The notes beneath the pieces were generated by a model that searched no databases, was not told where the DNA came from, and saw only the letters and a program-made list of their open reading frames with translations. DNA of 63,852 nucleotides, counting the filler, from Lenisia limosa (taxonomy: Eukaryota > Protista > Breviatea): assembly GCA_001655205.1 (NCBI GenBank). It is 14 parts of 14 records of this genome, joined end to end, with 100 filler letters (N's around TTAATTAATTAA, not from the genome) between each part and the next. Parts side by side here need not be neighbours in the genome. Positions count along the whole stretch, not along the records: positions 32,463 to 50,248 come from LPNZ01009177.1; positions 50,349 to 51,505 come from LPNZ01007604.1; 12 more parts are not named here. The stretch is one strand, 5' to 3'. The translations under genes and the position numbers were made by a program. Shown here piece after piece: positions 37,836 through 51,128 of this stretch. Each line of letters begins with the position of its first letter. Position 1 is the first letter of the stretch.

Positions 37836-40800
37836 TCACACCCGGGTCCTTCGCCCGCCTGCCACAAGGAATCCGTATTTATTGGGATAGGCAACAGTAC
37901 ACAGCGTTGTCGGATCAATGAATGGAATTTCAGAACCTGTTCATGTGATTATTATTATAAAAGGTGTTGAAAGAAAAAGATAAAGACTGGGTTAGAACTT
38001 CTATTCCACCAACCAAGAGGTAGCTGTTGTGGGTGGACTGAAAAATCGGCACATAGCAGTCGTTGGAAGCATTTCGAGTCTTTCATTGCCGTCTCATAGG
38101 AGCTAGCAGTCCAAAATACAGGCACACCAGCTGGATTGTTACTCAACGTATCAATATATAGCAATGAGAAATATATAAAATAAGGTAGTGTCTGTCCGAA
38201 GCCGTCCACACCANNNNNNNNNNNNNNNNNNNNNNNNNNNNGTATCAATAGCTGGAACATATCACCAAAATACGCAATAGTGATTTGACCTTTTAATTCG
38301 AAATGATGAAGATAACACAATGATGTGAAATGATATGCTAACATCTCTGCCCACCATTTGTGTGCGAGAGGAGATAAGGCGCAAGTCCTTCGATGCATCG
38401 AAACAATATGGGGTTGAATGCTACCACCAAGTCAGGCCGACAATACTTTGAGGACGACATATAGGCCTGGGGTGTACCCTAGAATGTTAGTAAAATTCTC
38501 CAAAAGTGTAAAATAAGAAGGTATTAGAGAATAAAAGAGATAGAAGCCTTGTTGAAACTAATGAAATCATATTCCAGATATTCAATAGATGAAAAGCGGG
38601 ATGTTTCAAAGAAATCTGTAGTAAATAATTAGGGCTATGTGCAATTAATTTTTTTGGGGAAATTAATTGACAAAATTAGAAATCAAAGTGTCAGGAATGG
38701 GGTTCTCATACAATATGTCATATTTTGCAATTATTTTTAGCCCTATAAATACAAGAAGAGTAACGGGAGAGAAGTGACAAGACAAGAGGCATAGAGAAGT
38801 GAAAAGAGAATCGTACGTGGAATGCCGACACCGTTATTGAAGGACCGTTGTCAGCATCCATATCAACAACCTGGAGGTAAGATGTAGCTAAAGCCAGATT
38901 GCGACAGTGTAATCAGATTATACAATAAAATAGGAAAGGTGTTGAAAGCTTTGATTAGATACCTCCTTTATCATAAAAAGATAGGACTGATGCTCATAAA
39001 TTGCAAGTTAACACGTATTAAACAAATAGCGTCCCATTGATACCATTGAGCTGGTCGATTTCAAGTAAATAGTCCTTGAGAGTTTTTCAGTGTTCTCCGG
39101 CATCCGAGAGCCGATGAGCAGTAAATCAATCTGCATAGTAAGCAAAATGCCCCCATTTGTGCCGATTTTGTCAATCAAGGAATATTATCATATGTAATAA
39201 ATGTATTCAAAGAGTTGTGAAATGCATACTAGTGAACTGCATAACACCATCAAAAGCACAGTCACTTTCGCTTACATGGGAGATATCATGCATCCACGCG
39301 AGGGCCTCAACCCATTTCACTGTTCCAATGAGTTCAACACCCGATGACGCATTTGGCACGTGCACTGTGAGCGTAGACTTAGGCGCCAACGGACAACATG
39401 TCTGGGATTGTCAGGTGCTCAGGATAGAATAAATGTTATACTACATCTCCATATTTATTAACGCATTTTTTAGTTTTATAGAAATGGAAAATTCAACAGA
39501 ATGAAGCTGTCATGATAGCACGAGTGAACCTAGGGCTTCATTTCGGTTCGAAAAAAGACTGAATGTCTCGATAAATCCTCGAAAACTATCGATATTTTCC
39601 TACGTTTTTTTCGAACCGAAGTGAAGCCTAAAGTGAACCAGCTGACGAAGCCCACCGGTCTACCCAAAACGTGTTTTGACGACAGCCCAGACCAAGACAA
39701 CGCTGTGGCGAGGGTCATGGGGAGACTCAGCGCACACGTTGTGATTCCCTTCAGCACTGGCGGGAGGGACGGCGGCAGAGGGCCTCGAATGTCGAAGTAG
39801 TCTGACCTGAGAAGGTGAACCGAAAATTGTTCCTTGATATGAATAAAGAAGAATATTATCCCAACCTTCAAGTTAAATAACGATATTGAATTAATTCACC
39901 CAATCATATTTGCCTTCAATTCCACGAACCCAGCCTAACCTGTCTCCCCAGCATCCACATTAAAAAACATTTTCTAATCCTGATCTTTTTTAGCAACGTC
40001 TTACGATATTAGCAAAATGAGAATAAAATTAGTAGTTCCGAAGCTGCGTCATCACTTCCCGTATTATATTATAGCAATGAGAAATAAAAAATAAGGTTGT
40101 ATCTGGCCNNNNNNNNNNNNNNNNNNNNNNNNNNNNNNNNNNNNNNNNNNNNNNNNNATTTGCCTTACAACTCTGTTCACACAGCAGTCTGAGTCAAAAA
40201 ACGTATTTCTTCAACCCACAACTCACCAGTTTTGGGGGAGATTTGGTGGTGCAAAGTCACGGGGTGGGGTCCAGGGGGACGCAAAGGCTGTGACATTTGG
40301 GTTTTTGTCCAACATTGCCAGGACCTGGGGGGTAAGAAGTCGACAATGGAACTAAATAAGCCTTCTAATCTGTGACGTTCTCTTCAATATCCCATATAAA
40401 CCCACAGTTTTAGCCTTGACGAGGTTGGAACACTGTGAGAAATGTAGATCAAAGACATCCTAAAAGGTCAAGGCGCTTTTCATGTTAAATTATCAGCATG
40501 AAATCATCGATTTCCATTACAGAATATATATAATCTAATACGAGGGATGAAAGATTGCCATTACAGAATATAATCTAATACGAGGATGAAAGATTGTCAT
40601 TACAGAATATAATCTAATACGAGGGATGAAAGATTGCCATCAGAAGGGGTGTATTTAACAACCTTAAAGATCTGGTTCTTTCTGGGAGACCAGTAATGCT
40701 TCATTTCGGTTCGAAAAAAGACGGAATTTCTCGATAAATCCTCGAAAACTATCGATATGCATTTATTACCTGTCTTTTTTGAACCGAAGTGAAGCACTAG

Positions 40801-41970
40801 AGACCAGTCCCGTGCATTACATTATAAATATTAAATTGTATCAATCCTCCCTTTCACTCAAAATCACTATTGGTCAGGGGTAACATAGAAAAAGCTTCAC
40901 CTTAACACACCCACCTTATCGCATTCAAAACACCAGTGAACCGAATCGCAAGCCATACAAGGCTGGAGCCTGGGTGTGAGAGAGATTTACAGCAGGTACG
41001 CGGGTGATGTTAAAAGGAAGTCAGAACACAAACAGTACATGACAGGTAAAAATCCCTGAAAATGAGAATAAGAGAATCCCAAGCTCCCAAGTACTTCTTC
41101 CTTGAGCCGCATTTCATGCAAAACTTCTTTTCGAGACATTTAGCGAACGATTTAGTCTCAAGCAATCTGAAGAGTGATAAGAATGCCATTCAGCAGATGA
41201 ATCATGTAGATATTTCACCACGTAGATACAATATCGCATTCCATTACAGCACAGGTACCGCAACTGACTTTGCCAATCCGGGATTCAGCGAAGGAACCAA
41301 AGCTTCATTGTACCATTTTTCTCTCACACACTATCAACGTCAGAAAAGGAAGGAAATGAAAGACATCGCATGAACGCCGTTTGTTCCCAACACACGAGGT
41401 GCGACAATTTGATACTCAGCTCAGTTGACTCTGGAAGAATCTCCACTGGGTTTGTTGTGACATCCATTGAGCACAAACAGGAAAGCGCTTTGTGAACTTT
41501 CCAGTGCTTGGGGGAGTAAATGGGATGCAGAANNNNNNNNNNNNNNNNNNNNNNNNNNNNNNNNNNNNNNNNNNNNNNNNNNNNNNNNNNNNNNNNNNNN
41601 NNNNNNNNNNNNNNNNNNNNNNNNNNNNNNNNNNNNNNNNNNNNNNNCATGGCGTTCCAAGAAAACCCACTAACCTGTTTCTGACACCCTGTGTTGCAGT
41701 ATTTCGCCACTCCACATCTACAAAATATTTAAACACCAGCTACTGTAGAGATTATACGTAGACTATCAAATATTATGAAAATGCATGAGATAGCACAAGA
41801 CATACACATTAGCATCCTAACTAAAAAAAAAACTCTCCGAATTAAAGCAGTTCAACGAGAATACAGAGAAAAGGCAGTATGGCTTACCGGGTACACGTTA
41901 AAAGTTCATCTTCGCAGCTTGGTTCAACATGACAGAACCAACACTCGGCAGGTAGCTCATCAATGCCCAT
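37836..41970 (-). CDS. zf-MYND protein with an MSS51/ZMYND15-like C-terminal domain
   Basis: CWFC...LLTCTR|CGVAKYCNTGCQKQ|HWKVHK (MYND), then DYFDIRG...LSLPMTLA, STLTVHVPNA, RPDLVVAFNP and VPVFWTASSYE; TGA at 37836-37838. Confidence 0.82.
39531..39631. mobile_element. hAT-type MITE family A (representative copy)
   Basis: About 90-105 bp, TIR TAGGGCTTCA(C/T)TTCGGTTCG, 8-bp TSD AGTGAACC. Other copies at about 176, 4330, 5843, 6816, 8334, 17827, 18581, 24444, 25414, 27133, 40694, 42645, 45251, 47019, 48293, 49041 and 60870. Confidence 0.88.
40514..40640 (+). repeat. Tandem repeat, 3 copies of about 37-42 bp
   Basis: Unit CCATTACAGAATATA(TA)ATCTAATACGAGGGATGAAAGATTG. Confidence 0.9.
40694..40799. 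mobile_element. hAT-type MITE family A
   Basis: Perfect 8-bp TSD GAGACCAG. Confidence 0.85.
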
Positions 41971-42375
41971 GACTAAAGAGTTGGCTGATTGTACAGTGAT
42001 CCTCAAGATAGAACTTGTGAACTTGTGCACTTGTGCTGTCGCAAAAGTCGAAAAAGAGGGGCTGCAAAGCCTGTGCAAAGCTGCGCCAAGGCGCAATTTT
42101 CAGATTTGAATGCGTGCGACGTCAGCGCTCAGATTCCAGATCGCGTTTCGTGCTATTCTCCTTTCCCTTTCAGTTCCCTTTCATTTTGTTCCCTATATAA
42201 CCCAGTAACCCAAGCACTCCGATCCCCCGGTGCTTGCCTGGTGCACACCTCATCACTTGTAATCTATACTTATACGAACCGAGGAGGAGAGTTACTGACA
42301 CTGATCACTGAGGGGATTCAATTTTTTTTTTTTTTTTTAATTGGAAAACAGACATATCTTCCTCGCGGCGCAACA

Positions 42376-45300
42376 ATGGTGAAGGCCTTTGCCCAGGTTA
42401 GTGTTGCGAAAAAATTGGAATTAAGTCAAATAACAGGAAAGGCTTTTCTGACTTTGATTCCCTCGGGTGTCGAATGTTGGGATGTCTCTAAGCTGGCTCG
42501 GGCTTGGTTTTTGTCTAGTTTTAGTATTGGTTGCTCGTGTTTGTTATTGCGTGTTTATTTATTTATTTTTTGTTTGGAGTTTCAGATTATTCGGTTCGTG
42601 ATAAATACCAATATTCTTCATCGAAATCCCCCCCCACTTGCACCTAGAGATTCACTTTGGTCCGAAAAAGCCCGGTAAAATATAGATGGATTTCGAGGAT
42701 TTATCGAGAAATTCAGCCTTTTTTCTAACCGAGGTGAAAGCCCTACTTGCACCTCATAACCCTTCTGAGAGAATGCTGTTCTTGCTTAGGAATATGTTCG
42801 TCCTATATTCCTTCCTGACAGTTTCATGCCCACATTCCTCACCCCACAGGTCCTTGGTGGTAATGGAGTGGATAACCCTCCGTCAGTATACCTATTCTTT
42901 GATGAGAATCGCTACGTCTTTGGTGGTGGTGAAGGTTTGTTTGTGCACGTGCCAACGGCTTGAACAGTTGATTATCAATATTTTATTGGTCTCTTATTCA
43001 GACCCTAGTTAATTCCTTTGAAGGAGAAATATCATGATATTAGCTTTGGTTTCACTAAGATGACAGATACTATAATGTGATAGCTTGTTCTTTGTTGATA
43101 GCGTGATGGTGTTTGTGTATTTTGAAATAAGTATGCGTAAGCAAAGCTGTAACATACCTAGGGCTTCAGAGGTTCATGACGGAACACAACATCAGATGCA
43201 GTAGACTGTCGGCTGTTTTTCTTCCGACGTCTAAGTGGCGCGATATCGGCGGCGTACCTGGTTGGGCTTATGAGGGGTCTGTCCTCAGGCACTGTTCAGT
43301 TGATTGAGTAATCCATTCTGAATTTGAAGTTGGGCATATTGTAACTAGCTCCGTTTCTGCCACTTATTTTCCTCAAAACACATTTATTGCATGGAGTCAT
43401 TTCTGAGGACTGGCTATCTTCTTTCGTTCATTTCTGAGGACTGGCTATCTTCTTTCGTTCATTTCTGAGGACTGGCTATCTTCTTTCACAATTTGATTCT
43501 AACTGTTCAAGGGATGCTCGTAACTATGAGGGACGCTGGATCTGCTGATATGAAGGTGGGATCTTGGAGTGACAGTTGTATTATTATCATCCTTTTTATG
43601 GGATATTCGCCAATTTTTTTGTTAATTTACACATGTGATAAATGAGCATGAAAGTAATTACAATTTGTCTGTTGCTTTCAGTACCATTGCATTTCTGATG
43701 TCCAGGTTATCGGCCCTCCCAGTACCAAAGATATTCTCAGCTCAACCGCTGGTTTTATGGAAGGGTATGGGGTTGTGATGCGGTTTTTGGGAAATTAGAG
43801 AAGAACAAGATTCATAAGAAATGCAAGTGTGGATGCTTTCAAACGCAATTCTAGTTTTGGAGAAGTTACTACCTCTTTGTAGTTTTGGTATTTAGTTTGA
43901 TCCTTCAAATTTCCAACCCTAACTTGGTCCTTCAGTAAAGAACAGCCTTGGACGATCTCTGATCTAGAGTGTCCGGTTTCCAATGGCAATTCAGAGACAA
44001 TTTGTGACTCCTTTAACGACAGTTTCTTGAAAGTAGGACAAACGCTTGCTTTTGATTGACAGTCCAAACCCGTTATTTTGTTATAATTTCTCCATGCATG
44101 TGCGTATTTTGGCACGCTACTTTTGTGATATCGTGTGCTTTTGGAGCACTTTAACAGTCCAAGAAAACCCCGAGTTTTTTTTCCTGGGAGTGGTTTTCTG
44201 ATTTTGTACAAGGAATTGTCTGGCCGGAAAACACGAGTTTGCGAGTGTTTTCCACAACAGAAAACTCCAAGTAACAAAAAGAAGACAACCACAAACAAAA
44301 AAACGAGGGGGAATTCGAATGGAAAACACTCGAGTCTGTATTTTTTTACTTTTCCAGTGGTTTTCCTGGGGACAATACAATGACTTTCCTGGGAAAAGTT
44401 TTTCCCAGAAGGGTGCAAGACAGGCTCATTCTCAATAGGTACATTCTATTCTTCTTCGCTCTGGCCCGGACTCCCCTTGGGTTGCGAACTACATTGCCGT
44501 ATCGCCCCCTGTCCCTGGTACGAGATGGTATATTATTGGGCCCCAAGCTATTAACCTGGTAACATTTTACCAACAGATGTCTTTTTTGGAGTATCATCCT
44601 TTGACTCAAATATCCAGGTAAATTCAACAAACAGAAGGCAATCGACCTGGGAGTACCCAAGGGTCCGAGTTTTGGTATTCTTCAAAGAGGTGGTGAGTGG
44701 GGTGCCACACATGATCTTTTTGTGCAATGATAGAGAGAGCGAGAGAGGAGTAAAAAAGTTGAGTGGTTTATATACAATATAGCATATGATATGATATGAT
44801 GATATAATATTTGTATTCTTGATTTATTCAATAATACACTTTTGACCATGGCATAAAAGGTAATTAGACTTTCAATAACTCCACAGGAGAAGTTGTGGCG
44901 AACGAAAGGATCATTAGATCGAGTGACGTTGTGAGCCCCAGTACTCCTGGACCGGTAGGGCGACAAGATCCCCCATATTTTCAAATTGATGTTTTTTGCT
45001 GTTTCACAAATTTCTAAAGCTTCCACACTCTACGTACAGAGTTGTGATTAGTGAACTATCTGCAATTAAGTATTGGCAGTAGTGCAATCTGCTGATTACA
45101 CCAAAACCATGCCTTTTCACTGTTTTTGGCATTTGGCCACTTACTGGGCAGTCTATTGGAGTATTTCATACACCCACTGTTGAAACCGTAGAAGCCCTCA
45201 AAGACTCTCTTTTGAACAGGTGGGAGGAAACAAAGAGCTTGGATAATAAAAAGGGCTTCACTTCGGTTCGAAAAAGACAGATAAATTATCGATAGTTTTC

Positions 45301-48300
45301 TTGGATTTATCGAGAAAATCAGTTTTGAACCGAAATGAAGCCCTCATAATAAAAAAAATCCCCCCGCTGACCTCTCCAGTCCCCCAGGCCTTAGCGAAAT
45401 GTCTTTTGCCTTCCATCATGCTCCAATATCAGTAGCTCAATCCACTGAGTATGCTGAACTCCTCCAACTCCTCCCAATGTCCTGTCAGGTAGGAAAGGCC
45501 CTCCTCGCTCTCTCAAAAAGAAATTCCCGTACCATATATCATCATATACTATATAATCATACTATATAATCATATATCATACATTATATTATACATTATT
45601 TTAATAAATAAATGAGATTGCCTCTCTTCTACTCTTTATCAAATGCTCATAAGCAAGCAATATACGGATGAATTGATAAACGCTGCATTGACACTTACAG
45701 AGCATTCTATCCTCCCCAGAAACGTCATCTGACGACCCAGTGTTCCGCGGGTCATTTAGACAGTTTGTAGGACTACAGGACGAAGCTTAGATAGATCGAG
45801 CAACATACAACAATAAGTATCAATGTATATCTAATATCACCAGTTTTAGTGTTTTTTCATTTATTTTGGTGAGTTCTTTTTTAAAACCAATGGACACACT
45901 TTATAAAATACTAATGATATGGGTTTGATACTTAATATGAGGGGACAATAGTGTGAAATGTATTAAAACTCACTTTTTTTTTTAATAACTTTCCAAAAAT
46001 ACCATTTTCTAGTTTCGTGGTGTGTGGGGGGGGGGGGNNNNNNNNNNNNNNNNNNNNNNNNNNNNNNNNNNNNNNNNNNNNNNNNNNNNNNNNNNNNNNN
46101 NNNNNNNNNNNNNNNNNNNNNNNNNNNNNNNNNNNNNNNNNNNNNNNNNNNNNNNATTCACAGACCCCCACTACCAACACCACGAACTTGAAAGGTTTGA
46201 AGGAGGCTGATAATGCTTGTGTTTGAAAAGTGTGTCACTACCTCCTTTCGAAGCCCACCAAACCAATATGAAGTATTAACACCCCAGAACTCTTCCTGCG
46301 GGTTTTGCCGCTTTCTCGGACCCTCTTCTTGTGACCCAGATTTTGCCTCGCAATAAGGCCGGCCTGGACTATTCATCTTGTTTGCTGCCGGCCAGAGACC
46401 TGGTTGGGGGGAGGAGGGGGGTCAAAATAAAGTTATCAACAATGTTCGGAGGTCTTTTTCTTAATGTTCGGTGGTCTTTTTGTTAATGTTTTTTTTAAAA
46501 AAAATCATATTCCCCAGATACATATATTATGTACACACAGACCTTCGGGTGTGAAAAGTCATCCTCTTGTTCATTCATAGCTAACACTATAGGTTGACGA
46601 GTACCGGAGTAGAGCAAATGAACTTCTTGCTGCTTCCAATACACTTGCGACTGATAGGGTTCATTTGAACAATGTAATGGTTGAAGAAGCAGAGCAGTTG
46701 GAAACCTCTGACTCAGATTCTGTCTCCCCGCAGGAGGAAAGTGTTGTTGGAGACTCAGCTCTGATCACCCTTGGTACTGGTTCTGCAATTCCTTCAAAGT
46801 ATCGAAATGGTGGGTTTGTTTTCGGGTGTGGTGATTGGCACGATTCTTTTGAGAATTTATCGTGAAATTTGGACTTTTGGGGGCGAAATGAAGCCTAAGT
46901 TATTAATCCCTCCTTTTTTGTTATAACGAAACATACTAACCTCTTAGTTTCATCCTACCTTCTGGAAGTGACATCATCATCTTCCATTCTTCTTGATGCT
47001 GGTGCGAAGGGCTCTGTTTAGGGCTTCACTTCGGTTCAGGAAAAGACGGAATTTCTCGATATCGATAATTTCCCCATTTTTTATCGAAACGTAGTGAAGC
47101 CCTCTCTATTTCCCTCTTCAATCTCTCAAGCTCCTGACACTCCAGGAGAAGGCTGTATAGGACAACTGTATCGAATGCTTGGACCCATGAAATTCGCTGA
47201 AGTGGGGTTCTTGTACTCCATTGTTGTACCATCCTTTTCACTATAAAATATATTGATATACTACACACATACTATTATATAATATATCATATACTATACT
47301 ATATCATATACTATGATATATTACCCCATATCATCATGTGAACGACTTTCAAGTCGAAATGATGAACAAAGATAACATGAGGGTTCATCCCGAGTGCATC
47401 ATAGTATCATTGAGACTTGTCGTCAATTATCATACGTGAATATGATTTATCATACTACAAGGGAATGTAATTTACACAGTTGGTGCTCGCTCTTGTTTGT
47501 TTTATCTGTTTTTAACCACTAGGCCACATCTCGAATTGAAGGCATCATCATCACACATCGCCACGCTGACCATCATCTTGGCCTCATCTCTGCTGTCATT
47601 GCTGCTCGACCTGGTGTGACAGTTGTTGCTCCTGCTAGTGGTGGGTAAGATATACAAAGGTAGCATAAACATAGTTATTATCAAGTTGAAGAGTTTTCAG
47701 TTTTACATTGCCAGTGTTGGCGCTGCTTGAGGTATACAATTTGACGCATGGACTCCAATATGAACCTATTGAGCTCTTCGATGCTGCTCATAACGGACTT
47801 AAAGGGTGAGTAAGGAAGCTTGTTTCAAAACTCTATCACGCTGTAATAATTGCGGGAACCATAATTATACAAAACCACTTATCCTAAAAACCCGATGGAT
47901 AGATGGCTTTGATTCATCTACACCACACTGACTGTTTCCACTGTGACTTTTTAGTTTGAGTGACGCGGTTTCAGCAAAAGTTAGCTTGGTGCCTGTCTAT
48001 CACTGGTATGATTCTACTGGACCAAAAATGCTCCTTTATTACCAATTGTGACGATTTAGTTCCGGATCATTTGGCGTGGTGGTAGAGGCTGAGAACTTCA
48101 AGTTCGTTGTATGTGGATAATGATCGATTACGAGAAATGTTGTGGGTCTTTCAAATTGCTGTGTTGGGATATTATGAGTCTTACAATCTCAGTACACGGG
48201 TGATACCTTGCCCACTCGACAGTTGGCCGAAGAAGGCCAAGGCGCTTCAGTTCTACTTCACGAAGCAACGTTCTCTGATGGCATGGGTACGTCCGGGACA

Positions 48301-49414
48301 CTTCGACTAGAAAAAGAAATATCGATAGTTTTTGAGAATTTATCGAGAAAGTCAATCTTTTTTCGAAGTGAAGTGAAGCTCGCCTCCTGGTTATCTCAAG
48401 GTTGTTTGAAATTACCGAATCTCTTCGTCACCCCATGATAAACGGAGCCCTTCCCTCTTAGGAATTTGGGTCCGAGTAGTCTGGAAGACCCTTTGTTAAT
48501 GCATTCAGAATCTGACGCTTTTGCCAAGTTGCATTCCACATCAGCAATGGCACTTGGTGCTGCTAAGAGGTGGGGGGGGGGCTACTATATCCTGATGGGA
48601 GAAGGTTAAAAGGTTTACATGTCTGAAGTTTCTGATATTGGGTTGTATTGAGAGAGGTGAATTTGTGTTAAGAAGAGGGGGATCTTTAGCGACCAGGTAC
48701 GTTTCCGTTACAATCGGGAGAAGAGGGATTTGTAACTCTTCAGCATGAACGCCACCCACGCCCTTTTGACACACTTCTCACAGCGCTTTACAAAGGCGCC
48801 AGTTAAAGAGTGGGTGGCTTCTTTAGACTATCAAACGGAAATGTTACATTTCATGTGACAGGACTAGGTTTTTTCATAATTCTAATTTTACCCCCCCCCC
48901 TCTAGTAAGGATTGTGATGCACCCACGCGCGAATCGCTTTTGGCGTATAAGAGCCCAGAACAGAACCATCCCTTTTTGGACTGGCTTGTTGATGATATTC
49001 TGGTAGGTTTGTTTGATAATATCAGCTGAGGACTGGTATGTAGGGCTTCATTTCGGTTCGAAAAAGAGGTAAAATATTGATAGTTTTCGAGGATTTATCG
49101 AGAAATTCGGTCTTTTTTCGAATCGAAGTGAAGCTACTGGTATGGAGGCCGAACTATGATCTACTGTCATTTTAAAGGACTTGTTGCCAATATTCGCGAT
49201 CGGAATTTTTCCATGACACCCCCCCCCCCCCNNNNNNNNNNNNNNNNNNNNNNNNNNNNNNNNNNNNNNNNNNNNNNNNNNNNNNNNNNNNNNNNNNNNN
49301 NNNNNNNNNNNNNNNNNNNNNNNNACTGGAGTGACTGTCCGAGACGGCAACTTGCCAAGGCTGTTTCTCACTAAAATGAACCTTGTGGCTGAAAAGGTGT
49401 GCAATGTCCTGTGA
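42376..49414 (+). CDS. ELAC2: tRNase Z, long form (ELAC2/Trz1), multi-exon
   Basis: [35 protein letters not shown] (flexible arm), [47 protein letters not shown] and LTHFSQR. The 3' end may extend via further exons to about 50190. Confidence 0.93.
42645..42745. mobile_element. hAT-type MITE family A
   Basis: Perfect 8-bp TSD CTTGCACC; in an ELAC2 intron. Confidence 0.85.
43398..43487 (+). repeat. Tandem repeat, 3 copies of 31 bp
   Basis: Unit CATTTCTGAGGACTGGCTATCTTCTTTCGTT in an ELAC2 intron. Confidence 0.92.
45251..45345. mobile_element. hAT-type MITE family A
   Basis: Perfect 8-bp TSD ATAATAAA. Confidence 0.85.
49041..49136. mobile_element. hAT-type MITE family A
   Basis: Perfect 8-bp TSD CTGGTATG. 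Confidence 0.85.
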
Positions 49415-50348
49415 GGGATGATATCGTCATAGTATATCATATGATATACTAATATATATCAATGAGAAATAAAAGAATATAATGGTTTTATCTGGCCGAA
49501 GCCGTCCACACCATCGCGCTTATAAGAGATAATGAATTAGAGTATGATGTTGAGTCACCCAATCTTTTGCCTTACAACTCTGTGCTTTCTGTGTGCCTCA
49601 CCAGTGTACGTATATCATAGTCTCTCATGCTTCATCCGCAACCACGTGCAATTATTTTGTTTTAATACTCCTAGGAGGAAGACCAGTTGAAGATAATTTC
49701 AGAGTGAGAGGATTGAAGGATCTTAGGCTTTTTATGAATCTACTATAATCATAGTATTAGGGCATTAATTTCAAAATTTGAAATGAGACATATTGTAACG
49801 AGAATGCAATTTTCACTTTCATTTCAACTTTTGTCATTTAATTTCACAAATTAATTGCACGGAGCCCTAAAGCCCTAAAGTATATCATTGTTATCATACT
49901 CCTGTATAAGATGGTAATCGAAAGATATTGCATTCGTCATACCTTTTGCTTTTTACCTTTTCAGTGCCTCAAAGTCATCATAGTTGTCTCATATGGTATT
50001 GTTTTTATGGTACTGTTTCCAAGATTTTTTTTCAGAATAGAGATGTTATCCTTGTTTTTATCAAAAGAGAATTTCCTCATACTTTATGTAAATAGAAAAA
50101 AGAAATGAATAATAAATAATCTACAGCTACTTCCGCACCCCAGGTTTCTTCTTTTTCGGGTCTTTTTCCTCCCGTGACGCCTAGATCATATTAGCAAGGA
50201 CGCGATTTATGAGTAAATATAATTTTCCTTTCCAAAAGACAGTGAGCANNNNNNNNNNNNNNNNNNNNNNNNNNNNNNNNNNNNNNNNNNNNTTAATTAA
50301 TTAANNNNNNNNNNNNNNNNNNNNNNNNNNNNNNNNNNNNNNNNNNNN

Positions 50349-50603
50349 GCGCCGGTCGCCAATCCGGCCGCACCCTTCAACCGTGTCCTTGTGGCGCGGC
50401 TTCCAACACTAGCAAGATGGACGGGATTATGTGCAGCCACGCAACTTCGTCTCCAACGCGCGAAACTGGCGCGAATTTTGCGCGTCATGGAGGAGCAATC
50501 GTCCGAAGCGCGTGAGTATCTGGATGCCTCCCCTTGGTCCTCTGAAAAGGTTATTGATGATGACGGTAACGTCACTAAGTTCATTTTGAAGCCCGCCAAG
50601 TAG
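50349..50603 (+). CDS. C-terminal fragment of an unidentified protein
   Basis: GC-rich open frame from the scaffold start to TAG (...LRLQRAKLARILRVMEEQSSEAREYLDASPWSSEK...). Confidence 0.45.
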   Translation, partial: APVANPAAPFNRVLVARLPTLARWTGLCAATQLRLQRAKLARILRVMEEQSSEAREYLDASPWSSEKVIDDDGNVTKFILKPAK

Positions 50604-51128
50604 TTGCCTTTTGTGGCCAGTCCGCCGTTGCCTGTAGTTTCCTTTTTTGGTAGTTTGTCTCTGTAGCCTCTTTTGGTCCAAGTTTTCTGTATATTTGTTT
50701 CATGTTTTTGATGGTTATCTACGTTCTACTATGTACCTGTGTACNNNNNNNNNNNNNNNNNNNNNNNNNNNNNNNNNNNNNNNNNNNNNNNNNNNNNNNN
50801 NNNNNNNNNNNNNNNNNNNNNNNNNNNNNNNNNNNNNNNNNNNNNNNNNNNNNNNNGAAAAATTCGAATAGAACATGCTCCTCCTGGTGCATCGAAGATA
50901 TTTAGGAACGGATAATATTAAGATTTCTAGAATTCCCAAATACGTAGTAACAAGCTTGCCGTGAAACCACAAGCCGCATGCCCCAGAACAGACCATAATC
51001 CCAGTCTAGTCTACACTCATTTTAAAAAGTGCATTCTGCAAAGAATAAACAAACCATCACCAATGGTCAAAGAACAAACCCACTCACAAAGAAATTCCCA
51101 AAATAAAAAGAAACAATCTAAAAGCTAG

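Noticed and set aside
43795-44418. 207-aa minus-strand ORF
   Set aside because: Antisense to an ELAC2 exon and intron, non-ATG start, no recognisable motif.
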